In this document: one piece after another, positions 7,921-17,145 of the stretch | How positions within the stretch are numbered: the first letter of the stretch is position 1 | Layout of the letters: the number at the start of each line of letters is the position of its first letter | Assembly (NCBI GenBank): GCA_964453925.1 | Contig: CAYVPV010000003.1 | Location: 1 to 60,057 of the forward strand | From: an uncultured Muribaculaceae bacterium | GTDB taxonomy: Bacteria > Bacillota_I > Bacilli_A > RF39 > UBA660 | Reading direction: 5' to 3' | DNA length: 60,057 nt | Made by a program: the position numbers and the translations under genes | The notes under the pieces: generated by a model | Databases searched by the model: none | Told to the model about the DNA's origin: nothing | The model's input: the letters and a program-made list of their open reading frames with translations, nothing else

Positions 7921-7944
7921 GTTTATTTAGTGTTATTTAGTGTT
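7921..7944. repeat. Tandem direct repeat (TTATTTAGTG x2.4)
   Basis: gtTTATTTAGTGTTATTTAGTGtt read directly, located between the accessory island and uvrB. Confidence 0.8.
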
Positions 7945-8064
7945 GATATGCAAATTTGTGGCCGAAGGGCATATTTTAGGTGTATCGACACGTGTCAGCC
8001 AAATTGTTAATTTTTAAGAATACGAATTTTTTAGGCTGATAGTGGTCATAGTAAGGAGGACGTT

Positions 8065-10017
8065 ATGTTTGATTTAGTATCAAAATTTAAGCCATCTGGA
8101 GATCAACCTGAGGCTATAAAAGAGCTTTCTGATGGAATTAAAAAAGGTAAGAAATACCAGGTTTTACTAGGAGCTACGGGGACTGGAAAGACTTTTACAA
8201 TTGCTAATGTAATTAAAGAAGTTAACAAGCCAACACTAGTGCTTGCACATAATAAAACACTTGCAGGCCAGTTGTATTCTGAACTTAAGGAAATATTTCC
8301 AAATAATCAGGTTTGCTATTTTGTATCGTACTATGATTACTATCAACCTGAGGCTTATGTTCCTTCAAGTGATACCTATATAGAGAAAGATTCTTCAATA
8401 AATGATGAAATAGATGAATTAAGACATTACGCTACATCATCTCTTATAAATACTAAAGATGTAATTGTTGTTGCATCTGTTTCTTGCATATATGGTATCG
8501 GTGATAAAGAAGAGTATGAAAACCATATGCTTACTTTAAAAGTTGGACAAGAAATAGATAGAAATGCTGTATTATCTAAGTTAGTTGATATGATGTATGA
8601 AAGAAATAATATTGATTTAGTTAGGGGTACTTTTAGAGCTAAAGGTGATGTTATAGAAGTAATTCCAGTTTACGAAAAATCTCATGGAATTAGAGTTGAG
8701 TTATTTGGTGATGAGATAGATAGAATATCGGAGTTTGATGTATTAACAGGAGTTGTTACAGGTGATAAAAAGTTTGTATCTATTATGCCAGCTTCCCACT
8801 TTGTAACAAGTGAAGAAAAATTAAAAAAAGCAATTGTTAATATTAAAGAAGAATTAAATGATAGATTAAAATATTTTAAAGATAATGGTAAGTTACTAGA
8901 AGCTGAACGCCTGGAAGGAAGGTGTAAGTATGACTTGGAAATGCTTGCAGAAACAGGTTTTTGTTCTGGAGTAGAAAATTATTCTAGACATTTAGCCTTA
9001 AAACCAGAGGGAGCAACACCTACATGTCTTTTAGACTTTTTCCCTGATGATTTTTTAATGGTAGTAGATGAATCACACGTAACATTACCACAAGTAAAAG
9101 CAATGTACAATGGTGATAGAAACAGAAAACAGATGCTTGTCGATTATGGATTTAGATTACCTAGTGCGTTAGATAATAGACCACTTAGATATGAAGAATT
9201 TGAGGAGAAGATAAATCAAGTTATATATGTTTCTGCGACACCAGGAGATGAAGAATTAGAAAAAGTTCATAATGTTGTAACAGAACAAATAATTCGCCCA
9301 ACAGGTCTTTTGGATCCTTTAATAGAGGTTAGAAAATCAAGTAATCAAGTTGATGATTTAATAGAAGAAATACAAAAACAAATAGATAAAGGTGATAGAA
9401 CTTTAATTACTACACTTACTATTCGTATGGCAGAAGAATTAACCTCTTATTTAAAAAATTTAAATATTAAGGTGGCTTATCTTCATAGCGAGGTAAAAAC
9501 TTTAGAAAGACTTAAGATAATACATGATTTAAGAGAAGGAAAGTATGATGTTTTAGTAGGCATAAACTTACTTCGTGAAGGGCTTGATATACCAGAAGTT
9601 AGTTTAGTTGCGATACTTGATGCAGATAAACAAGGCTTTTTAAGAAGCCATCGTAGTCTTATTCAAACAATAGGTAGATGTGCGAGAAATGCCGATGGAA
9701 GAGTAATCATGTATGGAGATATCGTAAGTGAAGCAATGAAAACTGCAATAGACGAAACCGCAAGACGACGCGCAATACAAATTAAATATAATGAAGAGCA
9801 CGGAATAATTCCTCAAACCATAAAGAAAAAGATAATGGATGTTGTAAGTGTATCTGATGAAGAACCTAAAGATAAGAAAAAACGTAAACGAGAAGAAATT
9901 CATAATGATAAACTTATTAATCAGTTAGAAGAAGAAATGCAAAAAGCTGCAAAAGAATTAGACTTTGAACGTGCTATGGAATTACGTGATATTATATTTG
10001 AAATGAAAGTTAATTAA
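8065..10017 (+). CDS. uvrB: Excinuclease ABC subunit B
   Basis: Full-length match by eye: GDQPEAI, Walker [13 protein letters not shown] box, C-terminal UVR domain ([11 protein letters not shown]). Strong SD AAGGAGG. Confidence 0.98.
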   Translation: MFDLVSKFKPSGDQPEAIKELSDGIKKGKKYQVLLGATGTGKTFTIANVIKEVNKPTLVLAHNKTLAGQLYSELKEIFPNNQVCYFVSYYDYYQPEAYVPSSDTYIEKDSSINDEIDELRHYATSSLINTKDVIVVASVSCIYGIGDKEEYENHMLTLKVGQEIDRNAVLSKLVDMMYERNNIDLVRGTFRAKGDVIEVIPVYEKSHGIRVELFGDEIDRISEFDVLTGVVTGDKKFVSIMPASHFVTSEEKLKKAIVNIKEELNDRLKYFKDNGKLLEAERLEGRCKYDLEMLAETGFCSGVENYSRHLALKPEGATPTCLLDFFPDDFLMVVDESHVTLPQVKAMYNGDRNRKQMLVDYGFRLPSALDNRPLRYEEFEEKINQVIYVSATPGDEELEKVHNVVTEQIIRPTGLLDPLIEVRKSSNQVDDLIEEIQKQIDKGDRTLITTLTIRMAEELTSYLKNLNIKVAYLHSEVKTLERLKIIHDLREGKYDVLVGINLLREGLDIPEVSLVAILDADKQGFLRSHRSLIQTIGRCARNADGRVIMYGDIVSEAMKTAIDETARRRAIQIKYNEEHGIIPQTIKKKIMDVVSVSDEEPKDKKKRKREEIHNDKLINQLEEEMQKAAKELDFERAMELRDIIFEMKVN

Positions 10018-10061
10018 AAAATTCAAATTTACTAAAATCATTTAAAAATTAAAATAATAAT

Positions 10062-10102
10062 ACAAAAAAGGGAATTTTGCTTAGCAATTTTTCTTTTTTT
10101 GT
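10062..10102 (+). terminator. Probable terminator after uvrB
   Basis: AT-rich imperfect stem ACAAAAAAGGGAA...TTTCTTTTTTTGT. Confidence 0.45.
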
Positions 10103-10186
10103 ACTTTAAAAACTATAAAAAAGCCATTTTGGTAATTTGCACACCTTAAAAATAAATGTTAGTATGCAAATGAAAGGAGATTTCTT

Positions 10187-10994
10187 ATGACAAATATAAA
10201 AAATATAATGAACGTATTTTTGAAAATATTAAACATACTGATGAGTATGGTAATGAATATTGGGAAGCAAGGGAATTACAAAAGGTATTAGAATATAAAG
10301 AATGGAGAAATTTGAGGGTGTTATTGAAAAGGCAAAACAAGCTTGTGATAATAGTAATATGTTTGTATCGCACCATTTTGTCGGCACCGACAAAATGGTT
10401 AAAACAGGTGATTCTACAAGGAAAATAAAGGATTATAACTTGCTATCTTATTGTACAAAATGGAGATCCTAGAAAGGACGTAATCGCCCTTGGACAAACA
10501 TATTTTGCAATTCAAACAAGAAAGTAGGAATTAACAGAGTTAGAATATGAAAATTTAAGTGAAGAAAAAAAGACTATATCAACGTGGCAGAATTAGGAAG
10601 GAAAACTATACGTTAAATATTACTGCTAAGAAAGCTGGTGTTAAAAATTTTGATAAATTTCACAATGCTGGCTATAAAGGTTTGTATGGAGGAGAAACTG
10701 CCGATGATATTGCTAAAAGAAAAAAATTAAGATACAGAGAAGATATTTTAGATAATATGGGTAGTGATGAGTTAGCAGCAAATCTTTTTAGAGCTTCTCT
10801 AGCTAACCAAAAGTTAAATAATGAAAAAATAAAAGGAGAGAAAAATTCTTGTGATGCCCATTATGAGGTTGGAAAAGCAGCAAGAAATACTATTACTAAA
10901 GTAGGTGGTATTACCAGAAAATTTACCTATACCTGAAAAATCAATAAAAAAATTAAAAAAAGAGGAAAAAGTAAGTTATATAGAGAAAAAGTAG
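10187..10994 (+). pseudogene. dinD: DNA-damage-inducible protein D (DinD family), decayed
   Basis: DinD-like sequence (YNERIFENIKHTDEYGNEYWEARELQKVLEYKEW / EGVIEKAKQACDNS / [27 protein letters not shown] / GYKGLYGGETADDIAKRK..MGSDELAANLFRA / LPENLPIPEKSIKKL) is spread over all three + frames. There are several frameshifts and an in-frame TAG. SD AAAGGAGA and the ATG at 10187 are retained. Confidence 0.85.
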
Positions 10995-11004
10995 AGGTGA
11001 AATC

Positions 11005-11325
11005 TTATTCATCCCTACTTTTTATGTTTTTACAATACCATATTACATCTTTTTTTTGGGTATCATTTAATTTGTTAAAATCTTGAACTAATTCATCACT
11101 AAAATTAGTTCTTTTTAAATTTAATGGTGTACTATTATTGGTTCTATCTAGCAAATAATCTACTGATGTATCTAAAAAATCGGCTAATTTTATAAGCGTA
11201 TCTGCACTAGGTAAAGCTTTTCCACTTTCGTATGCACTAATTGTTTCTTGTGATACTTCTGCTGCGATAGATAATCTTATCTGAGTGATTTTCTTTTTTT
11301 GACGCAATTCTTTTAAATTCTTCAT
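11005..11325 (-). CDS. XRE-family HTH transcriptional regulator
   Basis: LKELRQKKKITQIRLSIAAEVSQETISAYESGKALPSADTLIKLADFLDTSVDYLLDRT is a classical HTH_3 domain. Confidence 0.9.
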   Translation of the reverse strand: MKNLKELRQKKKITQIRLSIAAEVSQETISAYESGKALPSADTLIKLADFLDTSVDYLLDRTNNSTPLNLKRTNFSDELVQDFNKLNDTQKKDVIWYCKNIKSRDE

Positions 11326-11429
11326 AATACTACTTCTTTCTATATTTCTAGATTAATTTTATAAAAAGTATTTGTATTTTATAGATATATAGTTTATAAT
11401 AAATATAAATACAGATTATATTTTATTAT

Positions 11430-11840
11430 ATGCAGTATCTTAATAATTATTCTGTAAATCTAATGAAAGGAGTAGGTGATGTGAAGGAAGAAAATTTATT
11501 AATTGATACAAAACCAAGCGCAGTAATATTACTACCTCATTTTATTTTGATGTTATTTTTAGTTGGCTTCTTCACGATATGGAAACCTTTGTTCAGTCTA
11601 ATAAGTACAAATATTAGGGTTACGACAAAAAGAATCACAGCAAAAAAAGGAATAGTTAATGTTGAATGTATGGATAGTCCGTTAAAGAAAATAACTTCTG
11701 TTAAAACATCTCAAAGTTTGTTTGGAAAAATATTTAATTATGGAAGTATTTATATTAGTGTAATGGATTCTATGTATGTATTTGATTATATTTCGGATGT
11801 AGAAAAAATAAAAAATTTAATAATGGAAAATATAAATTAA
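11430..11840 (+). CDS. Bacterial PH-domain (bPH_2/YdbT-like) membrane protein
   Basis: Two TM helices followed by RVTTKRITAKKGIVNVECMDSPLKKITSVKTSQSLFGKIFNYGSIYI. Start is ambiguous: 11430, 11463 or GTG at 11481 (the last has the best SD spacing). Confidence 0.7.
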   Translation: MQYLNNYSVNLMKGVGDVKEENLLIDTKPSAVILLPHFILMLFLVGFFTIWKPLFSLISTNIRVTTKRITAKKGIVNVECMDSPLKKITSVKTSQSLFGKIFNYGSIYISVMDSMYVFDYISDVEKIKNLIMENIN

Positions 11841-11853
11841 GGAGTAAATTAAA

Positions 11854-12333
11854 ATGAAACAGTGTAAATATTGTAAAAGTATGATAGATAAAAAGGCAAA
11901 AATTTGTCCAAAATGCAACAAAAAGCAAGGAGCACCGGGTTGCTTAATTGCAATAATTATTTTTGCAGTTTTAATAATATTAATAGCATTAGCATCTGGT
12001 GGTTCAAATGATGATTCAGGTAATTCATCAACTAATTCTAAAAATACAACTCAAACAAAAGGAAAATTTTCTTTAATAGAAGATTATAAATCAGATGAAA
12101 GTAATAATTATTTTTATTACATAGAAGGGAAAATACAAAATAATAAAGATAAGGATTTTTCTTATGTACAAGTGACATTTACCACCTATGATAGCGAAGG
12201 TAATACTATAGGTACTTGTATTGATAATAATAGTGGATTAAATGCTAACGGAACATGGAAATTTAAAGCAATCTGTTCTGAAGGTGTTAATGAAATAGAT
12301 CGTTATGAATTAAAAGAAATAACAGGTTGGTAA
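11854..12333 (+). CDS. Zinc-ribbon / TM / FxLYD-like domain protein
   Basis: N-terminal CxxC..CxxC (CKYCKS..CPKCNK), one TM helix, and an extracytoplasmic domain with the pattern YIEGKIQNN..FSYVQVTFTTYDSEGN. SD AAGGAG. Confidence 0.7.
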   Translation: MKQCKYCKSMIDKKAKICPKCNKKQGAPGCLIAIIIFAVLIILIALASGGSNDDSGNSSTNSKNTTQTKGKFSLIEDYKSDESNNYFYYIEGKIQNNKDKDFSYVQVTFTTYDSEGNTIGTCIDNNSGLNANGTWKFKAICSEGVNEIDRYELKEITGW

Positions 12334-12589
12334 AATTAAAAATGGTTATATTTATATAACTGTTTTTTTAATTTGTACATCTTTACTGATGATAATATAA
12401 AAATATAGTGCATTTGTTCGTAAAAATGAAAATTTTATAGAATTATATGATATAATATAAATTATAATTTTATCGCTATAAATAGAAAAATATATTATGT
12501 AAAAGATACATTTTTATTTTTAAATGAATTAGTTAGTTAGAAAGTGTTGAAATATTTAAATTATAATATAAGATGGGAGGTTAAAAATA

Positions 12590-12945
12590 ATGAAGAACAA
12601 TATTGAAAATAATAATTTTTTGATTTATGAAAATGATGATGACATAAAAGTAGAAGTTATTTTACAAAATGAAAATGTTGGATGACACGAGAACAAATTG
12701 GTAAATTATATAATAAAGCTAAATCTACAATAAATGAACATATTAAAAACATATATGAAGAAAAAGAACTTTTAGAAGTTAATACTATGAGAAAATTCGA
12801 AAATTCCCAATTTTCTACAAAACCTACAAACTTTTATAATCTTGAATTGATTATTGCTGTAGGTTTTCGAGTTAAATCGAGCAATGGAACTAAATTTAGA
12901 ATATGGGTGAATGAAAAATTAAAAGAATTAGATAAAAATAATTAG
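12590..12945 (+). pseudogene. RhuM-family virulence protein fragment (frameshifted and 3'-truncated)
   Basis: MKNNIENNNFLIYENDDDIKVEVILQNENV then stops. A missing T restores ENV-W-MTREQIGKLYNKAKSTINEHIKNIYEEKEL...NLELIIAVGFRVKSSNGTKFRIWVNEKLKE. Only about the first third of a typical RhuM is present. Confidence 0.75.
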
Positions 12946-13078
12946 TTTTATTTTAGAACGAAGCTTATGAAAAAAAATCTGATTGCCAATATATAAAATT
13001 AGTATAAATAACCAAAAATTAACTATTAATATTAAATAAATTTATGTTAAAATAATAAATCAAAAGGTGTGATGTATT

Positions 13079-15892
13079 ATGGATAAAATAATAGTAAAAG
13101 GTGCTAGAGAAAATAATTTAAAGAATGTAAATATAGAAATACCAAAAGATAAGTTAACGGTAATGACTGGTGTTTCTGGTAGTGGTAAATCTTCTCTTGC
13201 TTTTGATACTATCTACGCAGAAGGTCAAAGAAGATATGTTGAATCTTTAAGTGCGTATGCAAGGCAATTTTTAGGTGGAGCTTCAAAACCAGATGTTGAT
13301 TCTATAGAAGGACTTTCTCCATCTATTTCAATAGATCAAAAAACTACTAATAATAACCCAAGGTCAACGGTTGGAACAGTAACTGAAATATATGATTACT
13401 TTAGACTTTTATTTGCAAGAATTGGTGTGCCATATTGTCCTAATCATAATATTCCAATATCAAGTCAATCTATTGAAGAAATGACAACGCAGATAATGAA
13501 TGAAGAAGATGGTACAAAACTTATTATTATGTCGCCTGTAGCATATGGTGAAAAAGGTACGTTTAAAGATTTACTTGATAATTTAAGAAAAGATGGTTAT
13601 GTAAGAGTTAAAATAGATGATGAAACAAAGGATTTAAGTGAAGATATCATTTTAGAAAAAAGCAAAAAACACAACATTTTAGTTGTGATAGATAGAGTTA
13701 TAAAAAAAGCGGAGGCAAGAAGTAGAATATACGAAGCAATAGAACTTGCATGTAAACTATCAAGGGGTAAAGCAGTAGTTGAAATACCTGGAAGAGATGA
13801 AATAGTAATGAGTGAATCATTTGCGTGCCCTCACTGTGACTTTTCTTTAGAAGAATTAGAACCTAGAATGTTTTCATTTAATGCACCATATGGATCGTGT
13901 CCAGATTGTAAAGGACTAGGTTTTAAACAAAAAATTAGTGAGCAATTAATCATTCCTAATAAAGAAAAAACTTTAAGAAGGGGCGGAATAGAACCACTTG
14001 CTGGTATGGATGATCAAAATATATATATTAAAAAACTAGAAATAGTTTGTGATAAATATGGCATTGACATGAATAAAAAGATGAAGGATTTAACAAAAAA
14101 AGAATTGGATATCATATTAAACGGAACAAAAGAGCCTATAGAGTTTAAATTTAAAACTAGAAGTGGTAATGAAATGAATAGTTATGAACCTTATGAGGGA
14201 ATATTAAATAACTTAGAGCGAAGATACTTTGAAACTAATAGTGAGTTTATAAGAGAATGGCTTGGTAAGTACATGGTAGAACTTACATGTCCTACGTGTA
14301 ATGGTAAAAGACTAAAACCAAGTGTATTATCTGTTTTAATAAACAAGAAAAACATAATTGATCTAACAGATATGAACATTGATAAACTATATGATTTTTT
14401 TGACAAACTTAAATTAAGTAAAGAAAAAGAAGAAATAGCAAGATTATTAATTAAGGAAATAAAATCAAGGTTAGAGTTTTTACATAACGTTGGATTAGGT
14501 TATCTAACTTTATCTCGTAGTGCGGGAACTTTATCAGGTGGTGAGGCTCAGAGAATAAGACTTGCAACGCAAATAGGTTCACAGTTAACAGGTGTTTTAT
14601 ACGTTCTTGATGAACCTTCTATTGGACTTCATCAAAGAGATAATCAAAGACTTATTGATTCTTTACTAAAGATGAGGGATTTGGGCAATACTTTAGTTGT
14701 TGTAGAACATGATACTGATACGATGCTTCAAGCAGACTATTTAGTAGATGTAGGGCCTGGTGCAGGTGATCATGGCGGAGAGATTGTAGCTTGTGGAACG
14801 CCCCAGGAAGTTATGCAAAATACTAATAGTTTAACGGGGGATTATTTAAGTGGAAGAAAAGAAATAGAAGTACCTAAAAAACGTAGAAAAGGTAACGGTA
14901 AATTTATTGAGATAAAGGGAGCAAAAGAAAATAATTTAAAGAACATAAACGTTAAGTTTCCTTTAGGTAAATTGGTTTTAGTAACCGGAGTATCAGGTTC
15001 AGGTAAAAGTAGTTTAATAAACCAAATACTATATAAAGCTTTAGCGCTAAACGTATATGGTTCTAAAGTTATACCCGGTAAACATAGAAGTATTAAAGGA
15101 TTAGAAAACGTTGATAAAGTAATAGACATAACACAAGATCCAATAGGTAGAACACCTCGTAGTAACCCCGCAACTTATGTTGGTGTGTTTGATGACATAA
15201 GAGATGTGTTTACAAATACTAAAGAAGCTAAAATAAGAGGTTACGAAAAAGGGAGGTTTTCGTTTAATGTTAAAGGTGGAAGATGCGAGGCTTGTTGGGG
15301 AGATGGAGTTAAGAAAATTTCAATGAACTTCTTACCAGATGTATATGTTCCATGTGAAGTATGTGGTGGAACACGTTTTAATAAAGAAACACTAGAAGTA
15401 AAATACAAGGGTAAAACCATTTATGATGTGCTTCAAATGAGAGTAGAAGAAGCTTTAGAATTTTTTGAAAATCATCCTAAGATAAAAAGAAAACTTCAAG
15501 TATTAATGGATGTTGGATTAGGCTATATAAAACTTGGCCAAAGTGCGCCTACATTATCAGGTGGAGAAGCATCACGAGTTAAACTTGCTAAAGAATTACA
15601 AAAAAAACCTACTGGTAAGAGTATGTTCATATTAGATGAACCAACTACTGGTCTTCATAGCCATGATATTAAAAGATTATTAGTTATTTTAAATAGAATA
15701 GTTGATAACGGAGATACCGTAATTGTAATTGAACATAACCTTGATGTTATAAAAGTTGCAGATCACATAATTGATCTTGGACCAGAAGGAGGAGATGGCG
15801 GTGGAACCATAGTTTGTGAAGGAACTCCAGAAAAAGTAGCTAAATGCGATAAATCATATACTGGACAATATTTAAAAAAGTTATTAAAATGA
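13079..15892 (+). CDS. uvrA: Excinuclease ABC subunit A
   Basis: Two ABC ATPase modules (GVSGSGKSS twice, LSGGE twice) and zinc-finger CxxC pairs. Full length (937 aa). Confidence 0.98.
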   Translation: MDKIIVKGARENNLKNVNIEIPKDKLTVMTGVSGSGKSSLAFDTIYAEGQRRYVESLSAYARQFLGGASKPDVDSIEGLSPSISIDQKTTNNNPRSTVGTVTEIYDYFRLLFARIGVPYCPNHNIPISSQSIEEMTTQIMNEEDGTKLIIMSPVAYGEKGTFKDLLDNLRKDGYVRVKIDDETKDLSEDIILEKSKKHNILVVIDRVIKKAEARSRIYEAIELACKLSRGKAVVEIPGRDEIVMSESFACPHCDFSLEELEPRMFSFNAPYGSCPDCKGLGFKQKISEQLIIPNKEKTLRRGGIEPLAGMDDQNIYIKKLEIVCDKYGIDMNKKMKDLTKKELDIILNGTKEPIEFKFKTRSGNEMNSYEPYEGILNNLERRYFETNSEFIREWLGKYMVELTCPTCNGKRLKPSVLSVLINKKNIIDLTDMNIDKLYDFFDKLKLSKEKEEIARLLIKEIKSRLEFLHNVGLGYLTLSRSAGTLSGGEAQRIRLATQIGSQLTGVLYVLDEPSIGLHQRDNQRLIDSLLKMRDLGNTLVVVEHDTDTMLQADYLVDVGPGAGDHGGEIVACGTPQEVMQNTNSLTGDYLSGRKEIEVPKKRRKGNGKFIEIKGAKENNLKNINVKFPLGKLVLVTGVSGSGKSSLINQILYKALALNVYGSKVIPGKHRSIKGLENVDKVIDITQDPIGRTPRSNPATYVGVFDDIRDVFTNTKEAKIRGYEKGRFSFNVKGGRCEACWGDGVKKISMNFLPDVYVPCEVCGGTRFNKETLEVKYKGKTIYDVLQMRVEEALEFFENHPKIKRKLQVLMDVGLGYIKLGQSAPTLSGGEASRVKLAKELQKKPTGKSMFILDEPTTGLHSHDIKRLLVILNRIVDNGDTVIVIEHNLDVIKVADHIIDLGPEGGDGGGTIVCEGTPEKVAKCDKSYTGQYLKKLLK

Positions 15893-15928
15893 CCAAAACT
15901 TAGGGGAATTTTGGTAGAAGTAGATAAT

Positions 15929-15968
15929 AATAAAGTAGAGATAAATATAATCTTTACTTTATTTTTTT
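15929..15968 (+). terminator. Rho-independent terminator after uvrA
   Basis: AATAAAGTAGAGAT-aaatata-ATCTTTACTTTATT stem followed by TTTTT. Confidence 0.85.
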
Positions 15969-16045
15969 ATAATTTATTTATGATTTTCACATTAACTTTT
16001 ATAACTTTGAAAATGATAAAATAGTTTTTGAAAGGAGCTGTTATT

Positions 16046-16465
16046 ATGACACAATTTATAAATGTTTCTTGGTCCAAAACAAAGAAAAACGTTGAACAAA
16101 CAATTGCTAAATACGTATACTATAATTTATCAGTTGATAATAGTTCCACTTCAAATATTGGAGAAACATTTTTGTTAGAAGAACTTGACTCTAATGTTCT
16201 TGATACCACTTACATAAAATTAGATTTTTTAGAAACAAAAAAACGGGTTGATTTTATTAATTATGTTAGGTTTTCTTTTAATAAGCTTACGACAGAAGAA
16301 AGAAAAATAATATACTGGACATATCTTGATAAAGAAAATAATTATGATGATAGATTTATTGCTAATAATCTTGGCTTTTCTCTTGGATATTATTATATAA
16401 AAAAGAAAGAAACCCTAATAAGGTTTGCATATTCTCTAGGGGTAGAAGTAACAGATGATAAATAG
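16046..16465 (+). CDS. ArpU-family (phage late-gene, sigma-like) transcriptional regulator
   Basis: About 140 aa with ArpU-like architecture: N-terminal KKNVEQTIAKY, central LTTEERKIIYWTYL, C-terminal YYYIKKKETLIRFAYSLG. I prefer the ATG at 16046, 8 nt after AAAGGAG. Confidence 0.5.
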   Translation: MTQFINVSWSKTKKNVEQTIAKYVYYNLSVDNSSTSNIGETFLLEELDSNVLDTTYIKLDFLETKKRVDFINYVRFSFNKLTTEERKIIYWTYLDKENNYDDRFIANNLGFSLGYYYIKKKETLIRFAYSLGVEVTDDK

Positions 16466-16631
16466 ACTAAGAAAAATATATCCAGATTATTTGATACTTA
16501 TCAAGATATTTGATAAGTTTTTTGATGCTCAAACAAATGATCCAGTGAGCCCTGAAAGATTGAAAAAGTCATATATTATAATAAATGAGAATTCATATGA
16601 AGTACATAAAAAGATATCGTCTTTAAATTAA
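16455..16631 (+). CDS. Unlisted 58-aa ORF translationally coupled to the ArpU-like gene
   Basis: ATG at 16455 overlaps the upstream stop (ATGATAAATAG). It encodes MINRLRKIYPDYLILIKIFDKFFDAQTNDPVSPERLKKSYIIINENSYEVHKKISSLN. It falls below the ORF-track size cut-off. Confidence 0.35.
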   Translation: MINRLRKIYPDYLILIKIFDKFFDAQTNDPVSPERLKKSYIIINENSYEVHKKISSLN

Positions 16632-16706
16632 TTTTAAATGTTTTTTTTGACGAAAAAAAGTTTATGTAAATTATTACTGTTATGATATAATTATTATGGT
16701 GATAAA

Positions 16707-17144
16707 ATGAAAGTAATCATAGTGGATAATAAAAGGAAAAAGAGTGGTAAAGAAATAGAGTATAGACTAAATTTATTTTTAGAGTGGCTTATATATATGT
16801 TTGGATATGCGCTTATTTTGCTAATTACATCCAACTTATTTAGATCTTTATATGTAGAAAACTTTATATATGGCTTTTTAGCGTCAATAATAATATATTT
16901 TCTAAATAAGACGATAAAGCCAATTTTAGTAACAATATCATTACCTCTTATTGGCATGTCGCTTGGTTTATTTTACTTTGTTATAAATGTGGTAATATTA
17001 CTACTCGTCAATTTGATACTAGGGAAACATTTTTATTTAACAGGATTTTTATCCCCAATAATTGTATCAATTTTTATCAGCATAATGAATGTTATAATGG
17101 AAAACTTAATAATAAAACCATTAATAGAGAGGTGTAAAAAATAA
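16707..17144 (+). CDS. Phage_holin_4_2 / YvlD-family membrane protein
   Basis: Four TM helices with the family pattern ...FLNKTIKPILVTISLPLIGMSLGLFYFVINVVILLLV.... Confidence 0.7.
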   Translation: MKVIIVDNKRKKSGKEIEYRLNLFLEWLIYMFGYALILLITSNLFRSLYVENFIYGFLASIIIYFLNKTIKPILVTISLPLIGMSLGLFYFVINVVILLLVNLILGKHFYLTGFLSPIIVSIFISIMNVIMENLIIKPLIERCKK

Positions 17145-17145
17145 T

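Noticed and set aside
7987-7996. Perfect 10-bp palindrome GACACGTGTC upstream of uvrB; considered as a parS site or an operator.
   Set aside because: Only the CACGTG core matches the parS consensus (TGTTNCACGTGAAACA) and the flanks do not match. There is no second copy in the window, and its function cannot be supported.
8018-8029. GAATACGAATTT upstream of uvrB as a possible LexA (Cheo) box GAAC-N4-GTTC.
   Set aside because: It has three mismatches at the most conserved positions. No better box lies upstream of uvrA or the dinD remnant. An SOS operator cannot be claimed.
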